Below are positions 8,275-18,872 of a DNA stretch of 64,000 nucleotides, in pieces. Each line of letters starts with the position of its first letter. Position 1 is the stretch's first letter. The translations under genes were made by a program, and so were the position numbers. The DNA comes from an uncultured archaeon (GTDB lineage: Archaea; Iainarchaeota; Iainarchaeia; Iainarchaeales; DTGL01): contig CAZKED010000003.1 of assembly GCA_964551725.1 (NCBI GenBank), positions 27,002-91,001 on the forward strand. Reading direction: 5' to 3'. The notes below the pieces were generated by a model. The model ran no database searches. It saw nothing but the letters and a program-made list of their open reading frames with translations, and had not been told where the DNA came from.

Positions 8275-9294
8275 ATGGGAAAAATTTCCGGCAACCGGGA
8301 AAAAAAAGCGATAAATGTCCGCAGTCTGGGCAAGTCCTACGGAAAACTGAAAGCAGTTGACTCCGTAAGTTTTTCTATCGAGGAAGGGGAGATTTTCGGG
8401 CTGCTCGGACCCAATGGCGCTGGAAAGACAACGCTAATTTCAATGCTTGTCACAATGCGGAAGCCTTCCTCCGGCTCCGCTGAAGTCAACGGCTTCGACG
8501 TGGCAGGGCAGCCCGGAGCGGTCAGGAAAAGCATAGGAATCGTTTTCCAGGACCCGAGCCTCGACGAGGAGTTGACTGCAATTGAAAACCTGGAAATGCA
8601 TGCAGCGCTTTACGGCGTTCCGGGAGCGGAGAGAAAGGGGAGAATCGGGGGCGTACTAAAACTCGTGGGGCTCGAAAAGAATTCAAAAATGCAGGTGAAA
8701 AAGTTTTCAGGCGGAATGAAGCGCCGCCTTGAGATAGCGCGCGGCTTGGTGCACCATCCGCGTATTCTCTTCCTTGACGAGCCCACTCTCGGTCTAGACC
8801 CGCAGACAAGAGCCGGAATATGGGAGCACATAAGGGAACTGAACAAAAGGGAGGGCATTACCATAATTCTCACCACGCATTACATGGACGAAGCGGACAG
8901 CGTTTGCGGAAAAGTGGCCATAATAGACCACGGCAGAATAATAGCTTCCGGCGCTCCCGCACAGTTGAAAGACGAACTGGGCGGCGACATAATTTCAATC
9001 AAGTGCTCCGCCAGCGAAAAATGCGTTGATGGACTGCGAAAACTGAAATGGGTGAAATCCGCGGTCAGGCACAACGGCTTCATAAGCGTGCGCGTGCAAA
9101 AGGGCGAGGAAAAAATCCCAAAAATACTCTTCTTGATGGAAAAAAACGGAGTGAGCGTTGAATCGGTGAGCCTGAGAAAGCCCTCCCTGGACGACGTGTT
9201 CCTCCACTACACCGGGAGGACGATAAGGGAAGAGGAAGCAAAGCCTTTGGAGGCAATGCGCCTGAGGAGAAAGGCGAGGACGGGAAGAAAATGA
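8275..9294 (+). CDS. ABC-2/DrrA-type exporter ATP-binding protein
   Basis: GPNGAGKT, FSGGMKRR, LFLDEPT, SLDDVF tail. Confidence 0.95.
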   Translation: MGKISGNREKKAINVRSLGKSYGKLKAVDSVSFSIEEGEIFGLLGPNGAGKTTLISMLVTMRKPSSGSAEVNGFDVAGQPGAVRKSIGIVFQDPSLDEELTAIENLEMHAALYGVPGAERKGRIGGVLKLVGLEKNSKMQVKKFSGGMKRRLEIARGLVHHPRILFLDEPTLGLDPQTRAGIWEHIRELNKREGITIILTTHYMDEADSVCGKVAIIDHGRIIASGAPAQLKDELGGDIISIKCSASEKCVDGLRKLKWVKSAVRHNGFISVRVQKGEEKIPKILFLMEKNGVSVESVSLRKPSLDDVFLHYTGRTIREEEAKPLEAMRLRRKARTGRK

Positions 9295-10046
9295 ACCGCG
9301 AAATAGAGGGAATCTACGCCCTCTGGAAGCGTGAAATCATAAGGTTTTACCGCTCAAAGAGCAGGGTCATAGGAAGCCTTGGAATGCCTTTCTTTTTCCT
9401 TGCAATCCTCGGAACAGGACTCAACAACGTATTCAGCGTTCCTTCCGGTGGCAATTACCTTCAATTCATTGCCCCGGGCATAGTTGCAATGGTTTTAATG
9501 TTCGGCTCGATTTTTGCAGGCGTGATTGTTTTAATGGACCGCCAGTTCGGTTTCCTCAAGGAAACACTTGTCGCCCCAATAAGCAGGCTTTCGGTCGTGC
9601 TCGGAAAAGCACTGGGCGGGGCGACAACCGCGGTAATGCAGGGCGCCATAATAATGGGGATTGCAGTCCTCCTCGGCGCGGAAATGCAGCTGGGCGGAAT
9701 GCTGCTCGTGCTGCCTTTCATGTTTCTGGTTTCATTGATGTTTGTTTCCCTCGGCATAGCGATTGCCTCAATGCTCGAGGACATGCACGGGTTCCAGCTG
9801 ATAGTGAATTTTCTCCTGATGCCAATGTTTTTCCTGAGCGGCGCGTTGTTTCCGCTTTCCTCCGCGCCGGAATTCCTGCGCATCGCGTCTTTCCTTGATC
9901 CTTTGACTTACGGGGTGAACGGTCTGAGATTCCTTTTGCTGGGGCATTCTGACATCGGATTTTTTGCCTGCCTTGCCGTCATTTCTTTTTTTACAGCGGT
10001 GTTCGTTTCACTCGCGATATTTCTCTTCAACAGGATAGAGGAATGA
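9291..10046 (+). CDS. ABC-2 type permease
   Basis: DRQFGFLKETLVAP, FLSGALFP, PLTY; ATGA overlap with ATPase. Confidence 0.93.
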   Translation: MNREIEGIYALWKREIIRFYRSKSRVIGSLGMPFFFLAILGTGLNNVFSVPSGGNYLQFIAPGIVAMVLMFGSIFAGVIVLMDRQFGFLKETLVAPISRLSVVLGKALGGATTAVMQGAIIMGIAVLLGAEMQLGGMLLVLPFMFLVSLMFVSLGIAIASMLEDMHGFQLIVNFLLMPMFFLSGALFPLSSAPEFLRIASFLDPLTYGVNGLRFLLLGHSDIGFFACLAVISFFTAVFVSLAIFLFNRIEE

Positions 10047-10057
10047 GGCATTGCATG

Positions 10058-10561
10058 CTAGGGATTCAGGAGCATTACGTAAAAGTTCAGGAATGCCGCG
10101 AACGAAACCCATGCAATGTAGGGCAGCAGGAGCAATGCCGCGGTTTTCGAAATCCTGTGGAAAAGGAAAATGGTTGCGGCTATTGCTAGCCAAAGGACAA
10201 TTATTTCAAGGAAAGCGAAAGGCGGGCTGCGCAGCCCGAAAAAAAGAAAGGACCAGAGCGCGTTGAGGAAAAGCTGGACTGAAAAAACCGACAGCGGAAA
10301 TTCGTTTTTCCTTATTCCCCTACTTAAAACAAGGAAAAGGGAGATTCCCATGAGGACGTAGAGAAGCGTCCACACAGGAGCAAAAAGCCAGTTGGGCGGG
10401 CTGAAAAAGGGCTTGTTCAGCGAGGCATACCATGTCGGAATGCTCGGCGCTGTGAAGACTGAACCAATGAAGCCGGCGGAAAGGCATATTAAGACGGAAA
10501 AAACAAGCAAAAACAGGTTTTTAAAACTAAAGCCCGCTTTTACTGAATTCTTTAAATTCAT
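10058..10561 (-). CDS. tspO: TspO/MBR tryptophan-rich sensory protein
   Basis: WYASLNKPFFSPPNWLFAPVWTLLY, LNALWSFLFF, PYIAWVSFA. Confidence 0.95.
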   Translation of the reverse strand: MNLKNSVKAGFSFKNLFLLVFSVLICLSAGFIGSVFTAPSIPTWYASLNKPFFSPPNWLFAPVWTLLYVLMGISLFLVLSRGIRKNEFPLSVFSVQLFLNALWSFLFFGLRSPPFAFLEIIVLWLAIAATIFLFHRISKTAALLLLPYIAWVSFAAFLNFYVMLLNP

Positions 10562-10637
10562 TAAATTATTGGCGCGATAGGCATTAAATTGGCTTTGCTT
10601 TTGAATTCTGCCGCAAAAAAACCGCTTTTTTCTACGG

Positions 10638-12377
10638 CTAATCAGAAAAAAACCTCATTATTGCCCCGGAAAGGGACTTTCCTTTTCTGTGTTCCGCGGG
10701 GCTTTTCCCCGGCTTCAGCCCTTTCACTGCCCGGTCAAGTCTTGACTTTATCTTCGCAACAGCCCTTCTCTCCCTCAGAGCGGAGCGGAAAATATTCCTC
10801 ATCGTTTCCTCTTCAACGAAAACGGATTTTCTTTCAATCAGGCGGATTTTTCTCTCAAGAGCAGCAAGTTTTTTCAGTTCAGAATTAATCGAAGCATAGA
10901 GCGCCCTGAGCAGTTCCCATCTGCTTCTCGAAATCCCCGAAAGGGAGATAAGCCCCATTGCCCTCTTTCTCATTCCCTTGAGCTTCCGTATTTCGGGAAG
11001 TATTACCCTGCCCAGGTTGGCGTAAATAAGCGAAGCCGCGCTCCTGCTCTTAAGCACAACAATGTTCTGGAAATTCATGTGGGCGTAGGCAAGGCTTCCT
11101 GAAACAATTTCAAAGAAAACTATTTTTGACGGAACCCTCCTGGTTCTCGGCTCGTCGATTCCCTTCAGTGCAAGCAGCGAGGAAAACCTGAAAACCGCGG
11201 AGAGCAAAAAAACGAATTTGAGGTCCTCAACGAAAAAAAACGCCGCACCACTGAAAAATTCGGCGAGCATTCCCCCGATGGCTGGAGCGAAAACAAGGGG
11301 AACGCCCACTATCGTTCCAAGCAGTGCCAAAAACCTCGGCTTGCGTTCCCCGGGAACAATGTCCAGCTGGTAAGTGAATGCGGAAAGGGTAAAACCACCC
11401 CAGAAAACTCCCGCCAGCAAATTTATCGCAACGGCATGCCAGGGGCGCGTTACAAAAAGCCAAGCCAAAGGCACGAAAGAAATTCCCGCAGCACAAATTA
11501 TCAATATCGCGCGGTTTCCGTATTTGTCCGCCAGGGGACCCCAGTGCTTGAGGGAAAAAACGCTTCCCAGACCGAGCGAAAACGCCGCAAGGGGAACCCA
11601 GTACGCTTCCGCGGCAAGGTTTTTGAGTATGAAGGCGTCCCAGAAAGGGCTCGAAATTCCGAGCCCGAAATTCCACAGCAAAAAGAAAACAACAAACCAC
11701 TTGAAATTTCTTTTTCTCAGCAGTGCCCTGAAACTTGTTTTCAGCGATTCCCACTTAAGGGGCTTTATTGCAGGCGGCTCGTAAATGGAGGAAACCAGTA
11801 AGACCGCTGCAACGGCAAAGGCAATGGCTATAAGGAAAAGCAGCTGGAAGCCCCAAAGCGGGTCACGGGAAAAAACGGCCACAAAAAGAGCGCCCAGCAA
11901 AAGGCTGAACAAAGAGGCAAGACCCATCGCATAATTCCTTTTGCCGAAATACTTTCCGCGGGAATTAACCTCGACCAGGTCCCCCATCCAGGAACTCCAG
12001 GCAGGGGACATGACGCTCAGGAAAAAAGCGTAAACCACGACGAAGAGGAGGAGGAAAAAAAACCAGTCCTGCAGGAAAAAGAGGGGGATTAACGCTATTC
12101 CCAGCCACGAAAACTTCGAAGCAGCGGAAGAAACCACTGCAATCAGTTTCCTCCTGCCCTTTCTTTCAACAAGCAAAGCGGAAGGAATCTGCCCGAGCAG
12201 GCTGAAGAGGGCCAAGAAAGCAACCATCAAGCCGAGCTGGAAATTGTTCGCCCCCAGGGTTACGGCAAAAGCCACGAGAAAGGGAGTCGTGAGACTGAGG
12301 AAAACCGTTGCAAAAGCGCCCTCGGCTATCGCCAGAGAAAGACTCTTTCTTATTTTTTCAAAATAATTTCCGTCCAT
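10638..12377 (-). CDS. MFS transporter with long basic C-terminal extension
   Basis: About 12 TM; WSSWMGDLV..RGKYFG and WGPLADKYGNR motifs. Confidence 0.9.
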   Translation of the reverse strand: MDGNYFEKIRKSLSLAIAEGAFATVFLSLTTPFLVAFAVTLGANNFQLGLMVAFLALFSLLGQIPSALLVERKGRRKLIAVVSSAASKFSWLGIALIPLFFLQDWFFFLLLFVVVYAFFLSVMSPAWSSWMGDLVEVNSRGKYFGKRNYAMGLASLFSLLLGALFVAVFSRDPLWGFQLLFLIAIAFAVAAVLLVSSIYEPPAIKPLKWESLKTSFRALLRKRNFKWFVVFFLLWNFGLGISSPFWDAFILKNLAAEAYWVPLAAFSLGLGSVFSLKHWGPLADKYGNRAILIICAAGISFVPLAWLFVTRPWHAVAINLLAGVFWGGFTLSAFTYQLDIVPGERKPRFLALLGTIVGVPLVFAPAIGGMLAEFFSGAAFFFVEDLKFVFLLSAVFRFSSLLALKGIDEPRTRRVPSKIVFFEIVSGSLAYAHMNFQNIVVLKSRSAASLIYANLGRVILPEIRKLKGMRKRAMGLISLSGISRSRWELLRALYASINSELKKLAALERKIRLIERKSVFVEEETMRNIFRSALRERRAVAKIKSRLDRAVKGLKPGKSPAEHRKGKSLSGAIMRFFSD

Positions 12378-12479
12378 AACAAAATCGCGTGCAATTAAAA
12401 AAGAAGGCTTTTCATTCGGTAAAAATAATGCGCGTTAAAATTAATAAAACACACCCTGGAAGTTGCCCTTTTTCTGTTC

Positions 12480-13289
12480 CTATTCTCCCTTCCACTTAAA
12501 ATAAATATAGAAAACGCCGAGCAAGAAGAAAACAAACACCGCGAGCTCCGCCTGCACTGCGCCGTAATTCGTTGCAACGAACACCGCTACAGCGTCAACC
12601 GCGGAATGCCAGAGAACCGCGAGGAAAAGCCAAAGCTTTTTTCTCTGCAAAACCGCGGTCAAAACCATTAGTGTCCATGCAACATGCAGGGTTATCGCCA
12701 TAAGCCTTTCCGCCAGCCCTAGCAGGACGTGCAAAGGGTTCAAATTCATTAACTGCTCTATCTGTTCCTGCATTGACTGTACTTCTTCTGCCGTGAGACT
12801 GCCGCCGTATGCTGCATTAATGTCCGATATCTGTCCGGCGGTGAGGGGCGCCGCGGAAAGGTAAGCCAGGAGGGCAAATGCCACGAGCACTGCAACGGCA
12901 ATGCTTTCAATTCCCCCCCAGCCCAGACCGAGCATTACGGCATTCTTCCTGTCCGGCTTTATTTTCTTCCGGGGAAAAAATTTTACAAACACAAGGCAAC
13001 GGCCAATTTCCTCGAACAATCCCGCGAGCAAGCCGGCGTAAGCGGAAAAAACGAGCAGGAGAAAAGGCTGCTCCAGTCCCATGCCGCGGAGAAATTCCGC
13101 GAACGGAACCTGCGTGAACTGAATCAGGGGAATGTGAAAAACCTGCACGAGAACAAAAAAGGCGGCGCCGTAAGCGAAAACCTTTTTGGATATTCCTGTT
13201 CTGCGGGAAAGCCAGAAGGCAATTCCCAGCGGAACGAGAATTTCAAGCGCTGCCACGAGCAGGAACGCTGCAACGACAAGCAAATCCAT
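12480..13289 (-). CDS. YhfC/PrsW-family intramembrane glutamic protease
   Basis: AGLFEEIGR, GLGWGGIES, ERLMAITLH, WHSAVD motifs. Confidence 0.88.
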   Translation of the reverse strand: MDLLVVAAFLLVAALEILVPLGIAFWLSRRTGISKKVFAYGAAFFVLVQVFHIPLIQFTQVPFAEFLRGMGLEQPFLLLVFSAYAGLLAGLFEEIGRCLVFVKFFPRKKIKPDRKNAVMLGLGWGGIESIAVAVLVAFALLAYLSAAPLTAGQISDINAAYGGSLTAEEVQSMQEQIEQLMNLNPLHVLLGLAERLMAITLHVAWTLMVLTAVLQRKKLWLFLAVLWHSAVDAVAVFVATNYGAVQAELAVFVFFLLGVFYIYFKWKGE

Positions 13290-13335
13290 TATCCAATGGA
13301 AAGAAAAAAGTAATAAAAATCCTTACGGAAGCACT

Positions 13336-13626
13336 TCACTCGATTTTTTCCAGTTTTCCGTTCCTTCCAGTGCTAACCTGAATCGTGCCCTGGAATTCCG
13401 AGCACCACCCATTGCTCAACTTCACCTTGTCGCCTTCGCCGAATTCGGAGCACTGCTCGTTCCACAGCGTCAAGGAAACCTCCGCGTCCTCTGAATCCTT
13501 TGCTGCCGCGGAGCATACCTTGCCGGAGCCGCGGTCGTTTGCAAACTCTCTTACATCGCCTTTTGAGACAATTTCCAGTTCGAGTTCTTCCACGCCAGTG
13601 CGGGGCTTCAAATCCTTTACAAGCAT
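13336..13626 (-). CDS. Single OB-fold ssDNA-binding protein
   Basis: VKDLKP..V.LTLWNEQ..GDKVKLSNGW..FQG..STGRNG, like archaeal SSB / eukaryotic SOSS-B. Confidence 0.88.
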   Translation of the reverse strand: MLVKDLKPRTGVEELELEIVSKGDVREFANDRGSGKVCSAAAKDSEDAEVSLTLWNEQCSEFGEGDKVKLSNGWCSEFQGTIQVSTGRNGKLEKIE

Positions 13627-13816
13627 TAAACCACTTCCTTTCTTTCATTTTTCAATGGTAAGATTAGCATGGCGGGAAACAATTAAAAAAGGAAGCGTAG
13701 TGGAATTCCCCTAAAAACGGAATTCCCGCTGTTTTAGTCCGAAAGACGGCAGCGCAAAGCAACAAAAAGGTTTTTAAATTGGTAAAACAACCCCATTATA
13801 AAAGCGGTGACTGGAT

Positions 13817-14053
13817 ATGATTGCATTGGCTGGTCTTGTATTAATCGCCTGCGGCTGGCTACTGCAGCTTGCGGGCGCATTTAAGGGAAAAAAGGAGGTA
13901 AACAGGGGGTTTGTTGCCGTTTACTGCCTGGGAGCCGCATTGCTTGCATGGGACGGCTTCTCAAAGGGCATGAGCGACACCGCTTTCCTGAACCTTGCAT
14001 CGCTTGCCGTCGCACTGGCGGTTTTGCTCAAACTCGTGAGAGGGAAACGGTAA
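13817..14053 (+). CDS. Small 3-TM membrane protein (SemiSWEET/PQ-loop-like)
   Basis: Three helices with GWLLQ; family tentative. Confidence 0.6.
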   Translation: MIALAGLVLIACGWLLQLAGAFKGKKEVNRGFVAVYCLGAALLAWDGFSKGMSDTAFLNLASLAVALAVLLKLVRGKR

Positions 14054-14056
14054 AAG

Positions 14057-14743
14057 GTGAAAAAAATGGCTGCCGGCAGGACAAAAAAGAAAAAAGGAAA
14101 AACGCGAAAGGATACAGGCAAAAAAAGCGGAAGGAAAAGTAAAAAAACGGAAGGGAAGGATTCTTTCGATAAAAGAATGGAGGACTTCGGCGAGGAAGTC
14201 GGAAAACTGGGAGAAGAATTCGGGGAAAGGTTCGGTGAAGCATTCGGCAGGGAAATGGAGCACAGGGCGCACAAATTCCACTGGTGGTGTTTCAGCACAC
14301 TCGGACTTATCGGACCGATAATCGGCTCTCTCGTAGGAACACTGTTCCTCGCTATTGTTTTCTGGATTGTTTACGGAATGGCAGCATTGGCAGGCGTTGA
14401 ATTCATTGAGGTATTCGCCACCTTTCTTTTGAAAAACATTGCCGTGTTTTTCCTTTTGTTCCTTTACTCCGGCTACAAGGATTATTTTTCAAAAGCATTC
14501 CCACAAGCATACAAGCCTCTCTCACCAATACTCGGGGCATTCGGTCTCACAATCGTGGTGTGGATTCTCGTGAAAGCAGCGGATGTCTCCAACCTTTCGC
14601 TGCAGAACGCCGTGCTTGAATCGCTGGTTTCGTTCTTCCAGGGAAAGCTCGCATGGGTTTTCCTTTTCTTCACGCTGGTTGGCTACCTGCTGCTTTTCGT
14701 GGGAAAATACCCCGGAGTAAACAGGGGGGAATGGAAACACTGA
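14057..14743 (+). CDS. Membrane protein with Lys-rich N-tail
   Basis: K-rich start, FGEE/FGER pseudo-repeats, 4 TM; operonic with pspC. Confidence 0.75.
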   Translation: MKKMAAGRTKKKKGKTRKDTGKKSGRKSKKTEGKDSFDKRMEDFGEEVGKLGEEFGERFGEAFGREMEHRAHKFHWWCFSTLGLIGPIIGSLVGTLFLAIVFWIVYGMAALAGVEFIEVFATFLLKNIAVFFLLFLYSGYKDYFSKAFPQAYKPLSPILGAFGLTIVVWILVKAADVSNLSLQNAVLESLVSFFQGKLAWVFLFFTLVGYLLLFVGKYPGVNRGEWKH

Positions 14744-14759
14744 AGAGGAGCGGAAAAAA

Positions 14760-14996
14760 ATGGCAGGGGCAAAAAAAGAAAACAAAGTGAAAAAACTGTA
14801 CCGCTCCGGAGACCAGAAAGTTTTGGGGGGAGTCTGCGGCGGCATAGCAGAATACCTGAACCTGGACCCGGTAATCATAAGGCTTGGGCTCATCGCGCTG
14901 ACGCTTTTCACACTGCCCCTGGGCGGAATTTCAATAGTGTTCTACCTCCTTGCATGGATTTTAATCCCGAGGAATCCCAAGCACGAATGGAACTGA
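14760..14996 (+). CDS. pspC: PspC domain protein
   Basis: KKLYRS..KVLGGVCGGIAEYLNLDPVIIRL..YLLAWILIP. Confidence 0.93.
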   Translation: MAGAKKENKVKKLYRSGDQKVLGGVCGGIAEYLNLDPVIIRLGLIALTLFTLPLGGISIVFYLLAWILIPRNPKHEWN

Positions 14997-14998
14997 AA

Positions 14999-15538
14999 TC
15001 ATTTAACCTGCACCGCACCGAGTTCCAAAGCCTTAAGGTTTGCGGGCAAAAATTTTTCCTTTGCGCCCGCCATCTCTTCCATAAGCGCCTTTTGCACGGA
15101 TTCCATTTTTACCCTCCCAGAAGCGGCTATATAAGCGCCGAGCATTGCCATGTTCGCCGATTTTGCGTTCCCGGCATTTTTTTCCGCCAAATCGTTGGCT
15201 GGAATTGAAACAACCTTGACGTCCGAGCGCTTGGTTTTAACGTCAATAAGGGACGAGTTCATCACAAGCAAGCCGCCTTTTTTCAACTGGATTTCAAAGG
15301 CTTCAAGCGAGGGCTTGTTCATTACAATAATTGTGTCCGGTGTCGGAGCCAGGGGAGAGCTTATCTCTTCGTCCGAGATAATGACTGTGCAGTTCGCCGT
15401 GCCGCCGCGCATCTCGGGACCGTAACTCGGAACCCATGAAACGTGCTTTCCCTCGCTCATGCCCGCGAGCGCGAGCAGTTTTCCTATGAGCAAAACGCCC
15501 TGACCGCCAAAGCCGGCTGAAACAATTTTTTCCTCCAT
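14999..15538 (-). CDS. 2-oxoacid:ferredoxin oxidoreductase gamma subunit
   Basis: AGFGGQGVL, PSYGPEMRGGTANC; ATG 15538 overlaps the beta stop (TGATG). Confidence 0.93.
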   Translation of the reverse strand: MEEKIVSAGFGGQGVLLIGKLLALAGMSEGKHVSWVPSYGPEMRGGTANCTVIISDEEISSPLAPTPDTIIVMNKPSLEAFEIQLKKGGLLVMNSSLIDVKTKRSDVKVVSIPANDLAEKNAGNAKSANMAMLGAYIAASGRVKMESVQKALMEEMAGAKEKFLPANLKALELGAVQVK

Positions 15539-16284
15539 CACTTTTCCCCCTTCACGTCCTTGAATCTGCCCAGGGGAAACGTTTTGGTCATTTCCTCGCC
15601 AACCCATTTGATTGCTTCCAAGGGCTTCATTTTCCAGTTTGTCGGGCACTGCGAGAGCACTTCGACGATTGAAAAGCCCTCTTTGTTTACCTGGGTTTCG
15701 CACGCCCTGTTAATGGCTTTTTTTGCCTTAATCACACTGGCCGGGCTTGTAACGGTGACGCGTTCCGCGAACGCCACGCCGTCCAGCGTGGCAAGCATTT
15801 CGCACATGCGAATGGGGTAGCCGTGCACCGCCTTTTCCCTGCCGTAAGGGGTTGTGGTGGTTTTTTGTTTCAGTACGGTGGTTGGCGCCATCTGCCCGCC
15901 GGTCATTCCGTAAATAGCGTTGTTTATGAATATTACGGTAATGTTTTCCCCGCGGTTCGCGGCGTGCACTGTTTCCGCCGTGCCTATCGCAGCCAAATCG
16001 CCGTCTCCCTGGTAGGAAAACACGAAAGAATCGGGCAGAACGCGTTTAACTCCCGTTGCCACCGCCGGAGCCCTGCCGTGCGCTGCCTCAATCATGTCCA
16101 CATTGAAATAATTGTAAGCGAAAACAGCGCAGCCAACAGGCGCAATTCCTATGGTTTTCTCCCTCACCCCGAATTCGTCTATTGCTTCCGCAAGCAGGCG
16201 GTGCGCTATCCCGTGACCGCATCCCGGACAGTAATGGGTTGAAACATCAACAAGAGCTTCGGGCTTTCCCTGCAATACCCTCAT
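15538..16284 (-). CDS. 2-oxoacid:ferredoxin oxidoreductase beta (TPP-binding) subunit
   Basis: [28 protein letters not shown]. Confidence 0.95.
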   Translation of the reverse strand: MRVLQGKPEALVDVSTHYCPGCGHGIAHRLLAEAIDEFGVREKTIGIAPVGCAVFAYNYFNVDMIEAAHGRAPAVATGVKRVLPDSFVFSYQGDGDLAAIGTAETVHAANRGENITVIFINNAIYGMTGGQMAPTTVLKQKTTTTPYGREKAVHGYPIRMCEMLATLDGVAFAERVTVTSPASVIKAKKAINRACETQVNKEGFSIVEVLSQCPTNWKMKPLEAIKWVGEEMTKTFPLGRFKDVKGEK

Positions 16285-17333
16285 TTTGCCACTTCCTCCA
16301 GTTTTTCCATTAACTGCTGCGGCGTCAAAAGCATTCCCCCCAATCTGCCAATAAAGTGAACGGGTTTTCTGCCGTTCACTGCAAGGCGCACGTCTTCAAC
16401 CATCTGCCCCATGTTAAGTTCCGCGACCAAAAACGATTTCACTTTTTCCGCCTGCCTTGCAATTTCTTCCGAGGGAAAAGGCCAGAGGGTAACCGGTCTT
16501 ATAAGCCCTGCTTTCATTCCCTTTTCCCTTGCCTCCTTCACAACGCTTTTCGCAATCCTTGAAACAATGCCGAAAGCCACAATTGCATATTCCGCGTCAG
16601 CCATTTCAAAGAGTTCAATGCGCTTTTCGTTTTTCTCCACTTCACGGTATTTTTGCAATGATTTGAGGTTTTCTTTTTCCAGTTCCTCGGGCTCCAGGTA
16701 AAGGGAGTTGATTATGTTCGGCTTTCTGCCGCGGGCGCCTCGGGTCGTCCAGGGCTTTCTGCTCAAATCGTTCTCTGAACTTTTGCTGAATTCCACGGAT
16801 TCCATCATTTGCCCCATCAGCCCGTCGCCCAGAACCATTACAGGCATCCTATATTTATCCGCCAAATCGAATGCTTCCACTGTCAGGTCAGCGAGCTCCT
16901 GCACCGAATTGGGCGCAAGCACGATGAGCCTGTAATCCCCGTGCCCTCCGCCCTTTGTTGCCTGGAAGTAGTCCCCCTGCGAGGGCGCGATGTTGCCAAG
17001 ACCTGGTCCACCGCGAACCATGTTGACTATTACGCAGGGCAGGTTGCAGCCGGCAATGTAGGATATGCCTTCCTGTTTGAGGGAGATGCCCGGGCTAGAG
17101 GAGGAGGTCATTACCCTCGCGCCTGCCGAAGCCGCGCCCAGAACCATGTTTATCGCTGCAACCTCGCTTTCCGCCTGCATGAAAAAACAGTCCTTTCGCT
17201 TGGGCATTTCCCTTGCGAGGTATTCGCTCAGCTCGGTCTGCGGCGTAATGGGGTACCCGAAGTAGTGGGTGCAGCCCGCTCTGAGCGCTGATTCCGCTAT
17301 TGCCTCGTTTCCCTTCATGAGAATTTTCGGCAT
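16281..17333 (-). CDS. vorB: 2-oxoacid:ferredoxin oxidoreductase alpha subunit, VorB-type (branched-chain)
   Basis: [32 protein letters not shown]; symbol follows Methanothermobacter usage; substrate inferred. Confidence 0.85.
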   Translation of the reverse strand: MPKILMKGNEAIAESALRAGCTHYFGYPITPQTELSEYLAREMPKRKDCFFMQAESEVAAINMVLGAASAGARVMTSSSSPGISLKQEGISYIAGCNLPCVIVNMVRGGPGLGNIAPSQGDYFQATKGGGHGDYRLIVLAPNSVQELADLTVEAFDLADKYRMPVMVLGDGLMGQMMESVEFSKSSENDLSRKPWTTRGARGRKPNIINSLYLEPEELEKENLKSLQKYREVEKNEKRIELFEMADAEYAIVAFGIVSRIAKSVVKEAREKGMKAGLIRPVTLWPFPSEEIARQAEKVKSFLVAELNMGQMVEDVRLAVNGRKPVHFIGRLGGMLLTPQQLMEKLEEVAK

Positions 17334-17336
17334 TCC

Positions 17337-17549
17337 TCACTCCTCCACTATTTCAATTGCCGTGTCAGGGCACACCAAAAAGCACTGCCTGCAGCCAATG
17401 CATTTCTTTTTGTCCACGACTGCGGGGTGCACTCCTTTGGCGTTGAATTTTTTTTCATTGTAAGAGATTGCCTCCTTCGGGCAGACGCTTATGCAGAGCC
17501 CGCATGCCTTGCACTTTTCCTCCAGAACCCTTGCTTTTATTTTTCCCAT
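17337..17549 (-). CDS. Oxidoreductase delta subunit, 2x[4Fe-4S] ferredoxin
   Basis: CKACGLCISVCP and CIGCRQCFLVCP. Confidence 0.92.
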   Translation of the reverse strand: MGKIKARVLEEKCKACGLCISVCPKEAISYNEKKFNAKGVHPAVVDKKKCIGCRQCFLVCPDTAIEIVEE

Positions 17550-17563
17550 TATGTTCCTTCTCC

Positions 17564-18871
17564 TTATTTCGAAAGTTCCCCGCAGGCTGCGGCAAGCCTT
17601 TTTATTCCCTCTCGGACCATTTCCTCGCGGGGTTTGCTGAAATTCAGCCTTGCGGAATTGTGCATTTTTTTGTCGCTGCACTTTGGAAAGAAAGCGCTTC
17701 CCTTGACTATTGCGACGTCTTTTTCTATCGCGGCTTTGAACAGGTCGCCGCCGTTTATGTCGTTAAGGCGCAGCCATACAAACAACCCGCCTTTGGGCTT
17801 CACCCACTGCCCGTATTCCCTGAGGTTTGAATCCATTGCTTCAAGCATTGCGTTCCTTCGCTTGCGGTAAACTGGTATTACCCTGTTCCAGTATTCTTTA
17901 ATGTAATCGCGCCCTATGAATTCCGCCATAATGTACTGGCTCAGCGAACTGGCGCAGAGCGTGGCGTTCTGGAGCATTACCCTCATTTTCGCTATCAGTT
18001 CCGTTGACCCGAGAACATAGCCGAGCCTGAGTCCCGGGGCAGCCATTTTTGAAAAGGTCTGCAGCCTTAAAACGCAGCCTATGTCGTCGTAGTGTTTTAT
18101 TGAATGCAGTTTTTTTCCCTCGTAGCGCAGGCAGGCGTAGGGCTCGTCTTCTATTACGGGAATGCCGAATTCGTTCGAAATGTCAATGAGTTCTTTCCTC
18201 CTTTTTTCGCTTAACTCCGTTCCCGCAGGATTGTCGAATGTCGGCACTACGTAAATGTAGCCGCATTTTTCAAGTTTTTCTCTGGGAAGTTCCCATATTT
18301 GCTCAACCTGCATTCCCTTTTCATCCAATGGAATGCCCACAATTTCAAGGTTCTGCGAGCGTCCGTCCAGAACGTTCAGTTCAGCCAGATATGTCGGGCA
18401 GCCCACTATAACGGTGCTTTTCCCGCACGGGCTTATGAACGCGCGCGCGGCAATGTCCAGGCCCTGCTGCGCGGCGCTTATGACGAGCATGTTTTCCTTT
18501 CCGAATTCCCCGAAGTCCTCTTCCTCATCGATCCAGTTTTTGAGTTTTTCAACAAAATAGGGAGCGCCTTCCGTCGGAGCGTACTGGTACATGCTGCCGG
18601 GCTTTATTGTCCTGCCCCTGTAATCCCTTATTTTTCCATTGGTGTAATCAGCGATAATTTCAAGGAACTCCTCTGAGGCAAACAAGTCGCTGTCGGGCAG
18701 TCCGCCTGCCAAAGAAATTATTTCAGGTCTGCCCTGGGTAACGCTTAAAATTTCCCTTACAGCGGAGGCATCCACTCCCGCATCGTATGCCAGCCGCACA
18801 TAATTCTTTTCGCTCCCCGCTTCAAGACCGTAGGAAAATTTTTTCCTCCCGCTTTCCACAATCAATAACAA
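17564..18871 (-). CDS. PLP-dependent class I aminotransferase (LysN/aromatic type)
   Basis: ISLAGGLP, NPAG, EDEPY, TFSKMAAPGLRLG; start uncertain. Confidence 0.92.
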   Translation of the reverse strand: MLLIVESGRKKFSYGLEAGSEKNYVRLAYDAGVDASAVREILSVTQGRPEIISLAGGLPDSDLFASEEFLEIIADYTNGKIRDYRGRTIKPGSMYQYAPTEGAPYFVEKLKNWIDEEEDFGEFGKENMLVISAAQQGLDIAARAFISPCGKSTVIVGCPTYLAELNVLDGRSQNLEIVGIPLDEKGMQVEQIWELPREKLEKCGYIYVVPTFDNPAGTELSEKRRKELIDISNEFGIPVIEDEPYACLRYEGKKLHSIKHYDDIGCVLRLQTFSKMAAPGLRLGYVLGSTELIAKMRVMLQNATLCASSLSQYIMAEFIGRDYIKEYWNRVIPVYRKRRNAMLEAMDSNLREYGQWVKPKGGLFVWLRLNDINGGDLFKAAIEKDVAIVKGSAFFPKCSDKKMHNSARLNFSKPREEMVREGIKRLAAACGELSK

Positions 18872-18872
18872 A

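Noticed and set aside
15538-15703. N-terminal extensions in the ORF track (also 17550-17681, 22205-22327, 50858-50983, 59322-59459)
   Set aside because: Overlap neighbouring genes or promoters; better downstream starts exist
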